A stretch of DNA of 64,000 nucleotides, from NCBI RefSeq assembly GCF_016026235.1, contig NZ_CP065613.1; one strand, given 5' to 3'. A model generated the notes under the pieces. The model made no database searches. It was not told the origin of the DNA and worked only from the letters and a program-made list of their open reading frames with translations. This DNA is from Escherichia coli (GTDB lineage Bacteria > Pseudomonadota > Gammaproteobacteria > Enterobacterales > Enterobacteriaceae). Both the position numbers and the translations under genes were made by a program. Of this stretch, positions 11,667 through 24,216 are shown one piece after another; position 1 is the stretch's first letter; the number at the start of each line of letters is the position of its first letter.

Positions 11667-12434
11667 TTAAGCCTGTTTAGCCGCTTCTGCAGCTTTAACG
11701 ATTACTGCGAAGGCGTCAGCTTTCAGAGAAGCACCACCAACCAGCGCGCCGTCGATATCCGGCTGAGCGAACAGTTCTGCAGCATTAGAAGCATTTACAG
11801 AACCGCCGTACTGAATGATCACTTGTTCAGCGATGTTAGCGTCAACTTTAGCGATGTGGTCACGAATGAATTTGTGAACAGCCTGTGCCTGAGCCGGAGT
11901 TGCAGATTTGCCAGTACCGATTGCCCATACAGGTTCGTAAGCGATAACCGCACCTTCGAATGCCGCAGCACCCTGAGTTTTCAGTACCGCGTCGATCTGA
12001 CGTGCGCAAACTTCTTCAGTTTTGCCCGCTTCGTTTTCAGCTTCGGTTTCACCGATGCACAGAACCGGAGTCAGGCCCTGCTCTTTCAGCACCGCGAATT
12101 TTTTCGCGATCAGTTCGTCAGATTCTTTGTGGTAAGTACGACGTTCAGAGTGACCGATGATGATGTACTGTGCGCCGATGTCTTTCAGCATAGCAGCAGA
12201 GGTTTCACCGGTGAATGCGCCGGACAGGTTCAGGTCCACGTTTTGCGCACCCAGCATGATGTGGCTGCCTTCAGCTTCACGCTTCGCCATATCGATGTAC
12301 ATTTCCGGTGGTGCGATTGCAACCGCACAGCCAGCAACACCTGCCAGCTCTTTACGCAGGTTAGAAACCAGCTCGTGAACCATGTGGCGGCTGCCGTTCA
12401 GTTTCCAGTTACCCATCACTAAAGGATGTCGCAT
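11667..12434 (-). CDS. tpiA: Triosephosphate isomerase
   Basis: 255-aa ORF ([15 protein letters not shown]...). Confidence 0.97.
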
Positions 12435-12541
12435 TTTAATTCTCCACGCTTATAAGCGAATAAAGGAAGATGGCCGCCCCGCAGGGCAGCAGGTCTGTGA
12501 AACAGTATAGAGATTCATCGGCACAAAGGCTTTGCTTTTTG

Positions 12542-13141
12542 TCATTTATTCAAACCTTCAAGCGATTCAGATAGCGCCAGCTTAATCGGTTCAACAGCGA
12601 AGGTCAGCCCCTTTTCGCCGTTGTCCGCGACAACATAACGCAGTGCACCTTCTGTCTCGGTGTAATAACGTTTGTTTTTCCCCGCCGTTAGCAGCGACTG
12701 CAGTTTTTTCTGGCTTTGTGTTTTGGTCATTAATGGGGTGAGTGTGCGGATCACTGCTGCCATGTATTCCTGAGCTTTCGCTTTCGCTGCTTTTTGCTCT
12801 GGCCCCTGGATGGGTAGCCAGGTCATTTGAATGCTTTTGATTTTTAAGGTACCGCGCTCCAGCGCTGTAGAAGCATACAAGTTCTCGTTAATTTTACTTG
12901 CAGCACGAGTGAGATTGGCTTTGTCGGGACTGCTGTCGATGGCACGAAATTCGTTCAGTGGCAGGCTAGGATTCTGGCTGTTAAAGTCTTCTCGAAACTG
13001 GCTGATGGAGAGATCGAAAGTAGGGGCTCCAGCCAGCAGATAAGGCGCGGTCGTTGCCGTATCTGGTGTTTGTGCATGCGCCGTTGTTGTAACGGTTAAT
13101 GCAGAACATAAGAGAAAAAACAGCGTACACCCTGGCTTCAT
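12542..13141 (-). CDS. yiiQ: Secreted DUF1454-family protein YiiQ
   Basis: 199-aa ORF with N-terminal signal peptide. Confidence 0.88.
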   Translation of the reverse strand: MKPGCTLFFLLCSALTVTTTAHAQTPDTATTAPYLLAGAPTFDLSISQFREDFNSQNPSLPLNEFRAIDSSPDKANLTRAASKINENLYASTALERGTLKIKSIQMTWLPIQGPEQKAAKAKAQEYMAAVIRTLTPLMTKTQSQKKLQSLLTAGKNKRYYTETEGALRYVVADNGEKGLTFAVEPIKLALSESLEGLNK

Positions 13142-13241
13142 TGACAGTACCTTTTGTTATGACTGGCTCCGATTAAAACGATATCTGTCGCCCTTGTCAA
13201 AAGGGTAGAATCCTGGAAAAGACAACCATCAAGGAACTTAC

Positions 13242-13682
13242 ATGACCATACAGCAATGGTTATTCTCATTTAAAGGGCGTATTGGACGCCGTGATTTCTG
13301 GATTTGGATAGGCCTGTGGTTAGCAGGCATGCTGGTGCTTTTCTCACTGGCGGGTAAAAATTTACTCGATATTCAGACCGCGGCGTTTTGCCTGGTGTGC
13401 TTGCTTTGGCCAACAGCGGCAGTAACCGTTAAGCGCTTGCATGATCGCGGGCGTTCCGGCGCATGGGCATTTTTGATGATTGTGGCGTGGATGCTGCTGG
13501 CGGGTAACTGGGCGATTTTACCGGGTGTCTGGCAATGGGCGGTGGGGCGTTTTGTCCCGACGTTGATTTTGGTGATGATGCTTATCGATCTTGGTGCGTT
13601 TGTTGGCACACAAGGCGAAAATAAATATGGTAAAGATACCCAGGATGTGAAGTATAAAGCCGACAATAAATCAAGTAATTAA
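13242..13682 (+). CDS. yiiR: DUF805-family inner membrane protein YiiR
   Basis: 146-aa hydrophobic ORF. Confidence 0.88.
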   Translation: MTIQQWLFSFKGRIGRRDFWIWIGLWLAGMLVLFSLAGKNLLDIQTAAFCLVCLLWPTAAVTVKRLHDRGRSGAWAFLMIVAWMLLAGNWAILPGVWQWAVGRFVPTLILVMMLIDLGAFVGTQGENKYGKDTQDVKYKADNKSSN

Positions 13683-13893
13683 CCTTTAATATATCTCTTA
13701 CTGCTATTTTTTTCCGGGATTGTTATTTCCACGATGCAAATGACAATACCCGGAAAATCCTTCTGAACTCTTCACCTTAAGCAATATCAAAAAAAATGGT
13801 AATCCATAAGATCATTACTTGTTTGTTCTTCCCTTAACGGCGCATTATTCTTAAGTCGTAATCGACAGAGAGGCGAATATACAGAGGTGCCCT

Positions 13894-14193
13894 ATGAAAG
13901 ATGTCGTAGATAAATGCAGTACTAAAGGATGTGCGATTGATATCGGTACGGTGATTGATAACGACAACTGTACCAGTAAGTTTTCGCGCTTTTTTGCCAC
14001 CCGCGAAGAAGCAGAGTCTTTTATGACCAAACTGAAAGAGCTTGCCGCCGCTGCATCCTCTGCAGATGAAGGGGCCAGCGTGGCCTATAAGATTAAGGAT
14101 CTGGAGGGGCAAGTTGAGCTTGATGCGGCCTTCACTTTCTCATGCCAGGCCGAGATGATTATTTTTGAGTTATCACTGCGTTCGTTAGCTTGA
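13894..14193 (+). CDS. yiiS: UPF0381 protein YiiS
   Basis: 99-aa ORF with RBS; conserved position before uspD. Confidence 0.85.
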   Translation: MKDVVDKCSTKGCAIDIGTVIDNDNCTSKFSRFFATREEAESFMTKLKELAAAASSADEGASVAYKIKDLEGQVELDAAFTFSCQAEMIIFELSLRSLA

Positions 14194-14219
14194 TGGAGTT
14201 GCTTTAGAAGGAGTTAAAC

Positions 14220-14648
14220 ATGGCTTATAAACACATTGGCGTGGCAATTTCCGGGAATGAAGAAGATGCCTTACTGGTGAATAAAGCCCTGGAGCTCGCC
14301 AGACATAATGACGCTCACCTGACGTTAATTCATATTGATGATGGCTTAAGCGAGTTGTATCCGGGTATCTACTTCCCTGCAACAGAAGATATTCTTCAAT
14401 TGTTGAAGAATAAGTCGGATAACAAGCTGTATAAACTGACGAAAAATATTCAATGGCCGAAGACAAAACTGCGTATTGAACGCGGAGAAATGCCGGAAAC
14501 ACTGCTGGAAATTATGCAAAAAGAGCAGTGCGACCTCCTTGTCTGTGGTCATCACCACTCATTTATCAACCGTTTGATGCCGGCATATCGCGGGATGATC
14601 AATAAGATGAGTGCGGATTTGCTCATCGTACCGTTTATCGATAAGTAA
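14220..14648 (+). CDS. uspD: Universal stress protein D
   Basis: 142-aa ORF; UspA-family fold features. Confidence 0.92.
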
Positions 14649-14652
14649 CCGC

Positions 14653-15399
14653 TTACCAGTAATGCTCCGCTGTCATATAGCCCGGTCGGCGACGTAAATG
14701 TTTCGTCATCTGCCGGGTCTCTTTTAGCAACTGTTGTGTATCGCGCACCATCTGTGGATTGCCGCACAGCATCACATGGCTGGTTTCTTTATTCATCGGC
14801 AGGCCAACCGCGCTTTCCAGTTCACCACTTTCAATTAACGCTGGTATCCGCCCGGTGAGTGACCCCGCCGCCGTTTCCCGACTGACCACCGTCTGAATGC
14901 GCAGTTTCCCTTCGTAGCGTTTTTCCAGTTCTTGCATCAGTGGCAAATAGCTTAAGTCGGCGGCATAACGTGCGGCGTGAACCAGGACCAGATTTTTGAA
15001 GCGATCTAAATCTTTGCCTAGTTGTAGAATCGATAAATAAGGGCCAATCGCTGTACCGGTTGCCAGCATCCATAGCGTTTCGCAATCTGGTACTTCATCC
15101 AGAACAAAGAAGCCAGCTGCTTCGCTAACCACCTGCACTTCATCGCCCGGTTTCAGTGCCGCCAATCGTGGGCTTAATTTGCCATCGGGGACGGTGACCA
15201 GGTAAAACTCCAGATCAGGATTATCGGGCGAGTTAACATAGGAGTAGGCGCGCTGGACGCGTTCGCCGTCAATTTCAAGGCCAAGTTTAGTAAATTGCCC
15301 GGCGGTAAACGGATGCACAGGGGCGTGAACGGTGAGACTAAACAGGGCGTCGGTCCAGTTCTGCACTTTAGTGACTTTGCCTGTTACCCAATCAGCCAT
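14653..15399 (-). CDS. fpr: Ferredoxin/flavodoxin-NADP+ reductase
   Basis: 248-aa ORF (MADWVTGKVTKVQNWTDALFSL...). Confidence 0.95.
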   Translation of the reverse strand: MADWVTGKVTKVQNWTDALFSLTVHAPVHPFTAGQFTKLGLEIDGERVQRAYSYVNSPDNPDLEFYLVTVPDGKLSPRLAALKPGDEVQVVSEAAGFFVLDEVPDCETLWMLATGTAIGPYLSILQLGKDLDRFKNLVLVHAARYAADLSYLPLMQELEKRYEGKLRIQTVVSRETAAGSLTGRIPALIESGELESAVGLPMNKETSHVMLCGNPQMVRDTQQLLKETRQMTKHLRRRPGYMTAEHYW

Positions 15400-15446
15400 G
15401 TTTTTCTCCTGTTTTGATTGACTTGCCTTATCTTCGTTCTCCGAAC

Positions 15447-15475
15447 AAAAAAATTCCAGTCCCGAAGGACTGGAA
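15447..15475 (-). terminator. glpX intrinsic terminator
   Basis: Hairpin ttccagtcc-cgaa-ggactggaa preceded on the top strand by a 7-A run (U-tract on the minus-strand transcript). Confidence 0.8.
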
Positions 15476-15495
15476 GGCTCAATCGATCAAATCAA

Positions 15496-16506
15496 TCAGA
15501 GGATGTGCACCTGCATTTCCGGGTCTTTGCGATCCAGGTAGTGGATGGACTGAATGCGGCGAATGGTGCGTGACTTGCCGCGGATCAGCAGCGTTTCGGT
15601 AGTCGCGATATTGCCTTTGCGGCTAATGCCTTCCAGCAGATCGCCTTTGGTAATACCGGTGGCAGAGAAGATGACGTTATCGCTGCGCGCCATATCGCCC
15701 AGACGCAATACTTTACCGGCTTCGATGCCCATCGCTTTGCAGCGTGCCAGCTCCTGCTCGCCAATGCGACGATTCTCTTCGTTGTCGCCTTTGACGTCAT
15801 GACGCGCCAGCAGACGACCGTTCATGTCGCCATCTAATGCGCGGATCACCGCCGCAGAAACCACGCCTTCCGGCGCGCCACCAATACCGTACAGCACGTC
15901 AACTTCGCTGTCTGGCATACAGGTGAGAATTGAGGCCGCAACGTCGCCATCCGGAATAGCAAATACGCGTACGCCGAGTTGCTGCATTTCAGCGATAACG
16001 GCATCGTGGCGTGGTTTAGCCAGAATCGTTACCGTCAGTTCGCTCAACGGTTTGCCGAGCGCCGCCGCGACATTGCGCAGGTTATCCGCCAGCGGCAGGT
16101 TCAGATCAATGGTGCCTTTGGCTCCCGGTCCGACGATCAGCTTCTCCATATACATATCTGGCGCGTTGAGGAAACAGCCTTTATCGCCTACTGCCAGCAC
16201 CGCCAGCGCGTTAGCCTGACCCATCGCCGTCATGCGCGTGCCTTCAATCGGATCAACAGCAATATCTACTGCGTCGCCGCGACCGGTACCGACTTTTTCA
16301 CCAATGTAGAGCATCGGTGCTTCGTCGATTTCACCTTCACCAATGACGATGGTGCCGTCAATGTTGACCTGGTTGAGCATAATACGCATGGCGTTTACCG
16401 CCGCGCCGTCCGCGGTGTTTTTATCGCCGCGTCCTAACCATTTGTAGCCAGCCAGCGCCGCTGATTCGGTGACGCGGGAAAATTCGATGGCAAGTTCTCG
16501 TCTCAT
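15496..16506 (-). CDS. glpX: Fructose-1,6-bisphosphatase class II
   Basis: 336-aa ORF (MRRELAIEFSRVTESAALAGYKWLGRGDKN...). Confidence 0.96.
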   Translation of the reverse strand: MRRELAIEFSRVTESAALAGYKWLGRGDKNTADGAAVNAMRIMLNQVNIDGTIVIGEGEIDEAPMLYIGEKVGTGRGDAVDIAVDPIEGTRMTAMGQANALAVLAVGDKGCFLNAPDMYMEKLIVGPGAKGTIDLNLPLADNLRNVAAALGKPLSELTVTILAKPRHDAVIAEMQQLGVRVFAIPDGDVAASILTCMPDSEVDVLYGIGGAPEGVVSAAVIRALDGDMNGRLLARHDVKGDNEENRRIGEQELARCKAMGIEAGKVLRLGDMARSDNVIFSATGITKGDLLEGISRKGNIATTETLLIRGKSRTIRRIQSIHYLDRKDPEMQVHIL

Positions 16507-16612
16507 AGCAAACTCTAAGCAGTAAGGAATGGCGCGAAGTGTAGCACAGGGGAAGGGAGGGATTATTGATGTGTGCGGGGTTGCCCCCGCACGGTTTCAG
16601 AGTCTGCGTGAT

Positions 16613-16700
16613 GCCGGATGCGGCGTGAACGCCTTATCCCGCCTACACAAAATGGCATTGGCTCGTAGGCCTGATAAGACGCGTAAGCGTCGCATCAGGC
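16613..16700. repeat. BIME: two inverted REP elements
   Basis: gccggatgcggcgtgaacgccttatcccgcctac ... gtaggcctgataagacgcgtaagcgtcgcatcaggc. Confidence 0.85.
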
Positions 16701-16735
16701 GAGCAGCATCAGGCAATCGATTCAGGTGCCTGACA

Positions 16736-19112
<2,377 letters not shown>

Positions 19113-19290
19113 AATCGGATCCTGAAGAGTTAATGTTTGTTGTATGCGTGAAAGTCACGGACCTCCACGATGCTTGTAGGCATGCTGTAAACTTATCGTT
19201 AACGAGCAAAAACGAGAAATATCGAACTTAAAATGTGTGTGCTTCGTCATAAAATGAGCGTTATCGCGCCATTTATTCCATCTGATTGTA
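19113..19290 (-). promoter_or_regulatory. glpFK promoter / GlpR-CRP control region
   Basis: Sequence upstream of glpF matches the glpFK control region as recalled (tcgttaacgataagtttacagcatgcctacaagcatcgtgg on the minus strand); individual operators not delimited. Confidence 0.5.
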
Positions 19291-19474
19291 CATGATGCAT
19301 GTTTGTTAGATCATTCGCGCAACAAATTTATTAACATTTTCGATTGATGTGGATTATGTCACCAGGAGAAGGATGAAAAGTGTGGCAAACCGTAATCTGC
19401 AAGGCGTGCCGCTGGACAGCGATGGCGCGGCTTCATACAATCGGAGCTAACTAAAGTGCGCTCGTATTTATTAA

Positions 19475-19783
<309 letters not shown>

Positions 19784-19797
19784 TCTCTTCCATGCAG

Positions 19798-19823
19798 AGG
19801 CGCCGCAAGGCGCCTTATTTTTT
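19798..19823 (+). terminator. zapB intrinsic terminator
   Basis: Hairpin aggcgcc-gcaa-ggcgcct then tattttttac. Confidence 0.85.
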
Positions 19824-20538
19824 ACTTCACTGTATTTTTAGCAGACAACATAATCTCCATCGCCTGTTGGCGATATTTATCTGCCGTATCTGGCTCCATT
19901 AATGCAATGATCCCCACAGCCCTGGGGGTGTCTTCAAGATAAACACTGATGGTTCTTTTCTGCTGACCATCAAAATTTATCAACACATCCTGATACTTAC
20001 AGGTGAAATGTTTGGCATTACAATCATGAAACTGGAAGGTTTCTTCATTGTATTGATCCTTGAGATTGTCTCGCTGCATCTTCTTTAACTCTTCCAGCGA
20101 GTCATCGGCGCTACGTCCTGCGGGCAGGCGGAAAGCAGAAATAAAGACGCTATTATCTTCACTTCTTATATCAATGGTTTTATCAGTACTAATAGAAACC
20201 GTATTCCAGTGTCGGTTTGGGACAGTCACGGAAATAGCTGCCTTCTCAAACGTATAGTGCCACGGGGTGAACAGACGAAACGTATTGCCGACGTTGGATA
20301 AAAGCAGGACTCCCAATACCCAACAGCACCCGCGAGTAAAACTGGCGAAGTTACGCGTTTTTTTAGTGAATGTGCACAGAATACCTGACACAAGCACGGG
20401 AAGTAATAACGGCCCAAGAAGTACTGAACCGATATACTCGCCAACCATCCCAGGATCTCCAGTAAGCAAGTTACTGTGCTGAAGATGACTAAGAAAAATG
20501 GTTATTATCCATAGTATTAATAAGATAACGTATCTCAT
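19822..20538 (-). CDS. Uncharacterised integral membrane protein, islet paralog B (3 predicted TM helices plus ~150-aa C-terminal domain with CX6C pair)
   Basis: 238-aa ORF; hydrophobic segments near residues 3-18, 34-56, 70-84; about one-third identical to the upstream ORF; AT-rich; not part of the K-12 gene order as recalled. Confidence 0.75.
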   Translation of the reverse strand: MRYVILLILWIITIFLSHLQHSNLLTGDPGMVGEYIGSVLLGPLLLPVLVSGILCTFTKKTRNFASFTRGCCWVLGVLLLSNVGNTFRLFTPWHYTFEKAAISVTVPNRHWNTVSISTDKTIDIRSEDNSVFISAFRLPAGRSADDSLEELKKMQRDNLKDQYNEETFQFHDCNAKHFTCKYQDVLINFDGQQKRTISVYLEDTPRAVGIIALMEPDTADKYRQQAMEIMLSAKNTVK

Positions 20539-20570
20539 ATCAATCCATTATTATTAACATGCACATCAGA

Positions 20571-21257
20571 TCATTGACGAGCAGAAAGCATCATTTTCAT
20601 TACTTCTTCTTGATATTCGTCCAAATAATCTGGGTCGATAGCTGCGACCAGTTGTATCAAATTAGTGTTATCCAGTAGAGTCATGAAAATAGCATGTCTT
20701 ACTTTGCCATCACTCATTGTTTGCACTCCTTCCTGATAAGCGCAGGCAAATCCCTGAACATCACAAACATGCATTTCTGCAGTTCCGTTTTGAGTCGCGG
20801 TAAGTTCCTCGATTGAATGCACACCGAGTTCATTTTGTGAGAAGGCAACAATAGCTAAAATAGCATGGGCATCCCGGGTCACCAGGGTTGGTCCTTGTTT
20901 TACTATATTGGCAACCCACTGTTTGCTCGGAACCGTGACGGTGATACCTGGCTCCGGGAAAGTATAATCCCATATGCTGTGTCGTTCCCACACCGTATAG
21001 CTGCTATAGATAAGAAATAATCCCATTAACCAACAAGTGCCGCGAATAAAGCTGCGGCTGCTTCTTTTTTTTATCGTTATACAGATTATTGTGGCGATAA
21101 TAAATGATAAGGCAAGTGGGTTAAAAAATACGTTAGCAAAATATAAAATCATTTCACCCGCGTTGCCAGATAAAAGAAATTTGTAGCGGAAATGGTTAAC
21201 GGCTATAAGTAATAAATATATAAATAAAAGAATAATATTCTGCATGAATACGTCCAT
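20571..21257 (-). CDS. Uncharacterised integral membrane protein, islet paralog A (3 predicted TM helices plus ~150-aa C-terminal domain with CX6C pair)
   Basis: 228-aa ORF; alternative start at ATG 21245 (MQNIILL...) has a slightly better GGA spacer; paralogous to 19822..20538; AT-rich. Confidence 0.75.
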   Translation of the reverse strand: MDVFMQNIILLFIYLLLIAVNHFRYKFLLSGNAGEMILYFANVFFNPLALSFIIATIICITIKKRSSRSFIRGTCWLMGLFLIYSSYTVWERHSIWDYTFPEPGITVTVPSKQWVANIVKQGPTLVTRDAHAILAIVAFSQNELGVHSIEELTATQNGTAEMHVCDVQGFACAYQEGVQTMSDGKVRHAIFMTLLDNTNLIQLVAAIDPDYLDEYQEEVMKMMLSARQ

Positions 21258-21263
21258 GTATAA

Positions 21264-21288
21264 AAAAGGGGAATTTAATTCCCCTTTT
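21264..21288 (-). terminator. rraA intrinsic terminator (bidirectional hairpin)
   Basis: Perfect 11-bp stem aaaaggggaat-tta-attcccctttt; on the minus-strand transcript it is followed by a U-tract. Confidence 0.8.
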
Positions 21289-21304
21289 AACGCATGGCAG
21301 ATAC

Positions 21305-21790
21305 TTATTCAATATCCAGCGGATCTTCTGAAAGAATAATCCCGGTATTGTCGGCATAAAGATGGTCGCCGGAGAAGAAGGTAACACCGCCAAAATTGAC
21401 GCGGACATCGCTTTCGCCAATGCCTTCGCCAGCGGCACCAACCGGAATTGCCGCCATCGCCTGGATGCCGATATCCAACTCTTCCAGGTCATCTACCTGA
21501 CGCACCGCGCCGTAAATGACCAGACCTTCCCATTCATTTTGTACTGCCAGACGCGCCAGTTCAGCATCGACCAGTGCGCGACGAACAGAACCACCGCCAT
21601 CGACGACAAGAACACGACCACGGCCATTCTGTTCGAGCAGATCGTACAGCAACCCGTTGTCCTCGAAACATTTTACCGTGATTATTTGTCCGCCAAACGA
21701 CGCCCGTCCGCCAAAGTTGGAGAACAGCGGTTCCACGACGTTAACATCTTCTTGATAGATGTCACAAAGCTCGGAAGTATCGTATTTCAT
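21305..21790 (-). CDS. rraA: RNase E inhibitor RraA
   Basis: 161-aa ORF ([28 protein letters not shown]...). Confidence 0.95.
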
Positions 21791-21882
21791 AGGCTTAACA
21801 TTCAGTTGCTGCGAGAATTTTCAGTATATCGCGCTATGTGGTCTGTTGGCAAAATCATCAATTGTTAATTGATATTTGTCAG

Positions 21883-22809
21883 TTATGCTGCCCACTGGCT
21901 TAGGAATATCCCTACAACAAACAGCAGGTTAGTCAGTAACGCTCCCTTGACAGTGCGTTCCAGCATCGGTCGCATCGCCACCGGGTCCATTTCCCGCATC
22001 ACATAACGGGCTTGCTTCACCAGCAACGGTGCCGCCAGCAGGAACAGCCAGCCCCACAGGCTATGCAGCGAAAAGAGATTAAACAGCGCCAGACATACCA
22101 GAGAGCCCATCAGCAGGCAGGCATGATAACGACGCGCGTTCACTTCACCTAAGCGCACCACCAGCGTGTTTTTGCCGTTTTCGCGGTCGCTATTGATATC
22201 ACGCAGGTTATTAATGTTCAGTACTGCCGTTGCCAGCAGGCCGCATGCGGTCGCCGGAAGGATCAGTGCCGGAATCAATGTATGAGCCTGTAAATACCAG
22301 CTCCCCATGACGCTTAACCAGCCAAAGAAAACCAGTACGGAAATATCACCCAGACCGATATAACCATAAGGACGATTGCCCACGGTGTAGGTGATAGCGG
22401 CAATGATCGACAACCCGCCAAGAATCAGGAAACCGACAAAATCAGCCAGCGTATGGCATGCCACTGCAACCAGTGCCAGCCCGGAGAGACAGATGAGCAC
22501 GACGGTAATAATGAGCGCCCGTTTCATCTCTTGCTGGGTAATGACCCCTTTTTGCATGCCGCGTAGCGGCCCAATGCGGTCAGGTTTATCGCTGCCTTTT
22601 ACTGCATCGCCGTAATCATTGGCGAGGTTAGAAAGGATCTGTAATAGCCCGGCGGTAATCAGTGCCAGCAGGGCGACCAGCGGATCGAAGTGACCTTGCC
22701 ACCATGCCAGCGCTGTCCCGACGATAATTGCAGCAAAGGCGAGGGGGAGGGTTTTAGGTCGTAAACTTTCCAGCCACGCCTGAGTTCGGCTAATTTGTTG
22801 TTCAGTCAT
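21883..22809 (-). CDS. menA: 1,4-dihydroxy-2-naphthoate octaprenyltransferase
   Basis: ORF track 21883..22821; start at ATG 22809 (MTEQQISRTQAWLESLRPKTLPLAF...) giving 308 aa; UbiA-family polytopic protein. Confidence 0.93.
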   Translation of the reverse strand: MTEQQISRTQAWLESLRPKTLPLAFAAIIVGTALAWWQGHFDPLVALLALITAGLLQILSNLANDYGDAVKGSDKPDRIGPLRGMQKGVITQQEMKRALIITVVLICLSGLALVAVACHTLADFVGFLILGGLSIIAAITYTVGNRPYGYIGLGDISVLVFFGWLSVMGSWYLQAHTLIPALILPATACGLLATAVLNINNLRDINSDRENGKNTLVVRLGEVNARRYHACLLMGSLVCLALFNLFSLHSLWGWLFLLAAPLLVKQARYVMREMDPVAMRPMLERTVKGALLTNLLFVVGIFLSQWAA

Positions 22810-22875
22810 AATACGCGCCAATAAAAATGGGGCCTTTCAGCCCCATCAAACAATGATGAAAATGATTGAACGCGA

Positions 22876-24207
22876 TTATAGGATAAAACGGCTCAGATCT
22901 TCATCTGCCACCAACGCATCCAGATGTTTGCTCACATAATCTGCGTCAATAGTGATATTTTGACCGCTTAAATCGCTGGCGTCGTAGGAAATCTCTTCCA
23001 TTAAACGCTCCAGAACAGTGTGTAAACGACGAGCACCGATGTTTTCGGTAGATTCGTTCACCTGCCATGCCGCTTCCGCGATGCGTTTAATACCGGAGTC
23101 GGTAAACTCGATATTTACGCCTTCAGTCGCCATCAGTGCTTTGTACTGCACGGTGATAGAGGCATTCGGCTCGGTCAGAATACGCTCGAAGTCGCTGGTG
23201 GTCAGCGCCTGCAGTTCAACGCGGATTGGCAGACGACCTTGCAGTTCCGGGATCAGGTCAGACGGTTTCGCAATCTGGAACGCGCCAGAAGCGATAAACA
23301 GAATGTGGTCAGTTTTGACCATCCCGTGTTTGGTGGAAACGGTGCAACCTTCTACCAGCGGCAGCAGGTCACGCTGAACACCTTCACGAGAAACATCCGG
23401 ACCGGAAGACTCGCCGCGCTTACAGATTTTGTCGATTTCGTCGATAAACACGATCCCGTGCTGCTCAACAGCGTCGATAGCGTCTTGCTTCAGCTCTTCC
23501 GGGTTCACCAGTTTCGCCGCTTCTTCTTCAATCAGCAGCTTCATGGCGTCTTTGATTTTCAGCTTACGCGCTTTTTGCTTCTGACCGCCCAGGTTCTGGA
23601 ACATGGACTGCAGCTGGCTGGTCATCTCTTCCATGCCCGGAGGAGCCATAATTTCAACGCCCATCGGTGCTGCGGCAAGATCGATCTCGATTTCTTTGTC
23701 ATCAAGCTGGCCTTCACGCAGTTTTTTGCGGAATGCCTGACGAGCAGCGGACGGTTCCTGCTGCTGTTCGGTCTGTCCCCAGTTGTTTTTAGCCGGTGGG
23801 ATCAGCACGTCGAGAATACGTTCTTCTGCCAGTTCTTCAGCGCGATAACGGTTTTTCTCGATAGCCTGGACGCGTACCATTTTTACGGCGGCATCGGTCA
23901 GATCGCGAATAATAGAATCCACTTCCTTACCGACGTAGCCCACTTCGGTGAATTTGGTCGCTTCAACTTTGATGAACGGCGCATTCGCCAGCTTAGCCAG
24001 ACGACGGGCGATTTCAGTTTTACCGACACCGGTCGGGCCGATCATCAGGATATTTTTCGGGGTCACTTCATGGCGCAGCTCTTCGTTGAGCTGCATGCGA
24101 CGCCAGCGGTTACGCAGAGCAATCGCCACAGAACGCTTGGCGTTGTCCTGGCCGATGATGTGCTTATCCAGTTCGCTGACGATTTCGCGTGGGGTCATTT
24201 CAGACAT
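22876..24207 (-). CDS. hslU: ATP-dependent protease ATPase subunit HslU
   Basis: 443-aa ORF; Walker A GPTGVGKT. Confidence 0.97.
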
Positions 24208-24216
24208 GGGAGATCC

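Noticed and set aside
16575-16590. Hairpin gcggggttgcccccgc downstream of glpK as an intrinsic terminator
   Set aside because: GC-rich stem but no adjacent U-tract on the glpK transcript strand; it may be REP-associated structure instead, so not called.
19824-21263. Prophage remnant or integrative element call for the islet
   Set aside because: No integrase, excisionase, phage structural gene, tRNA or att-like direct repeats are visible; only the two membrane-protein genes, so it is reported as an islet of unknown origin.
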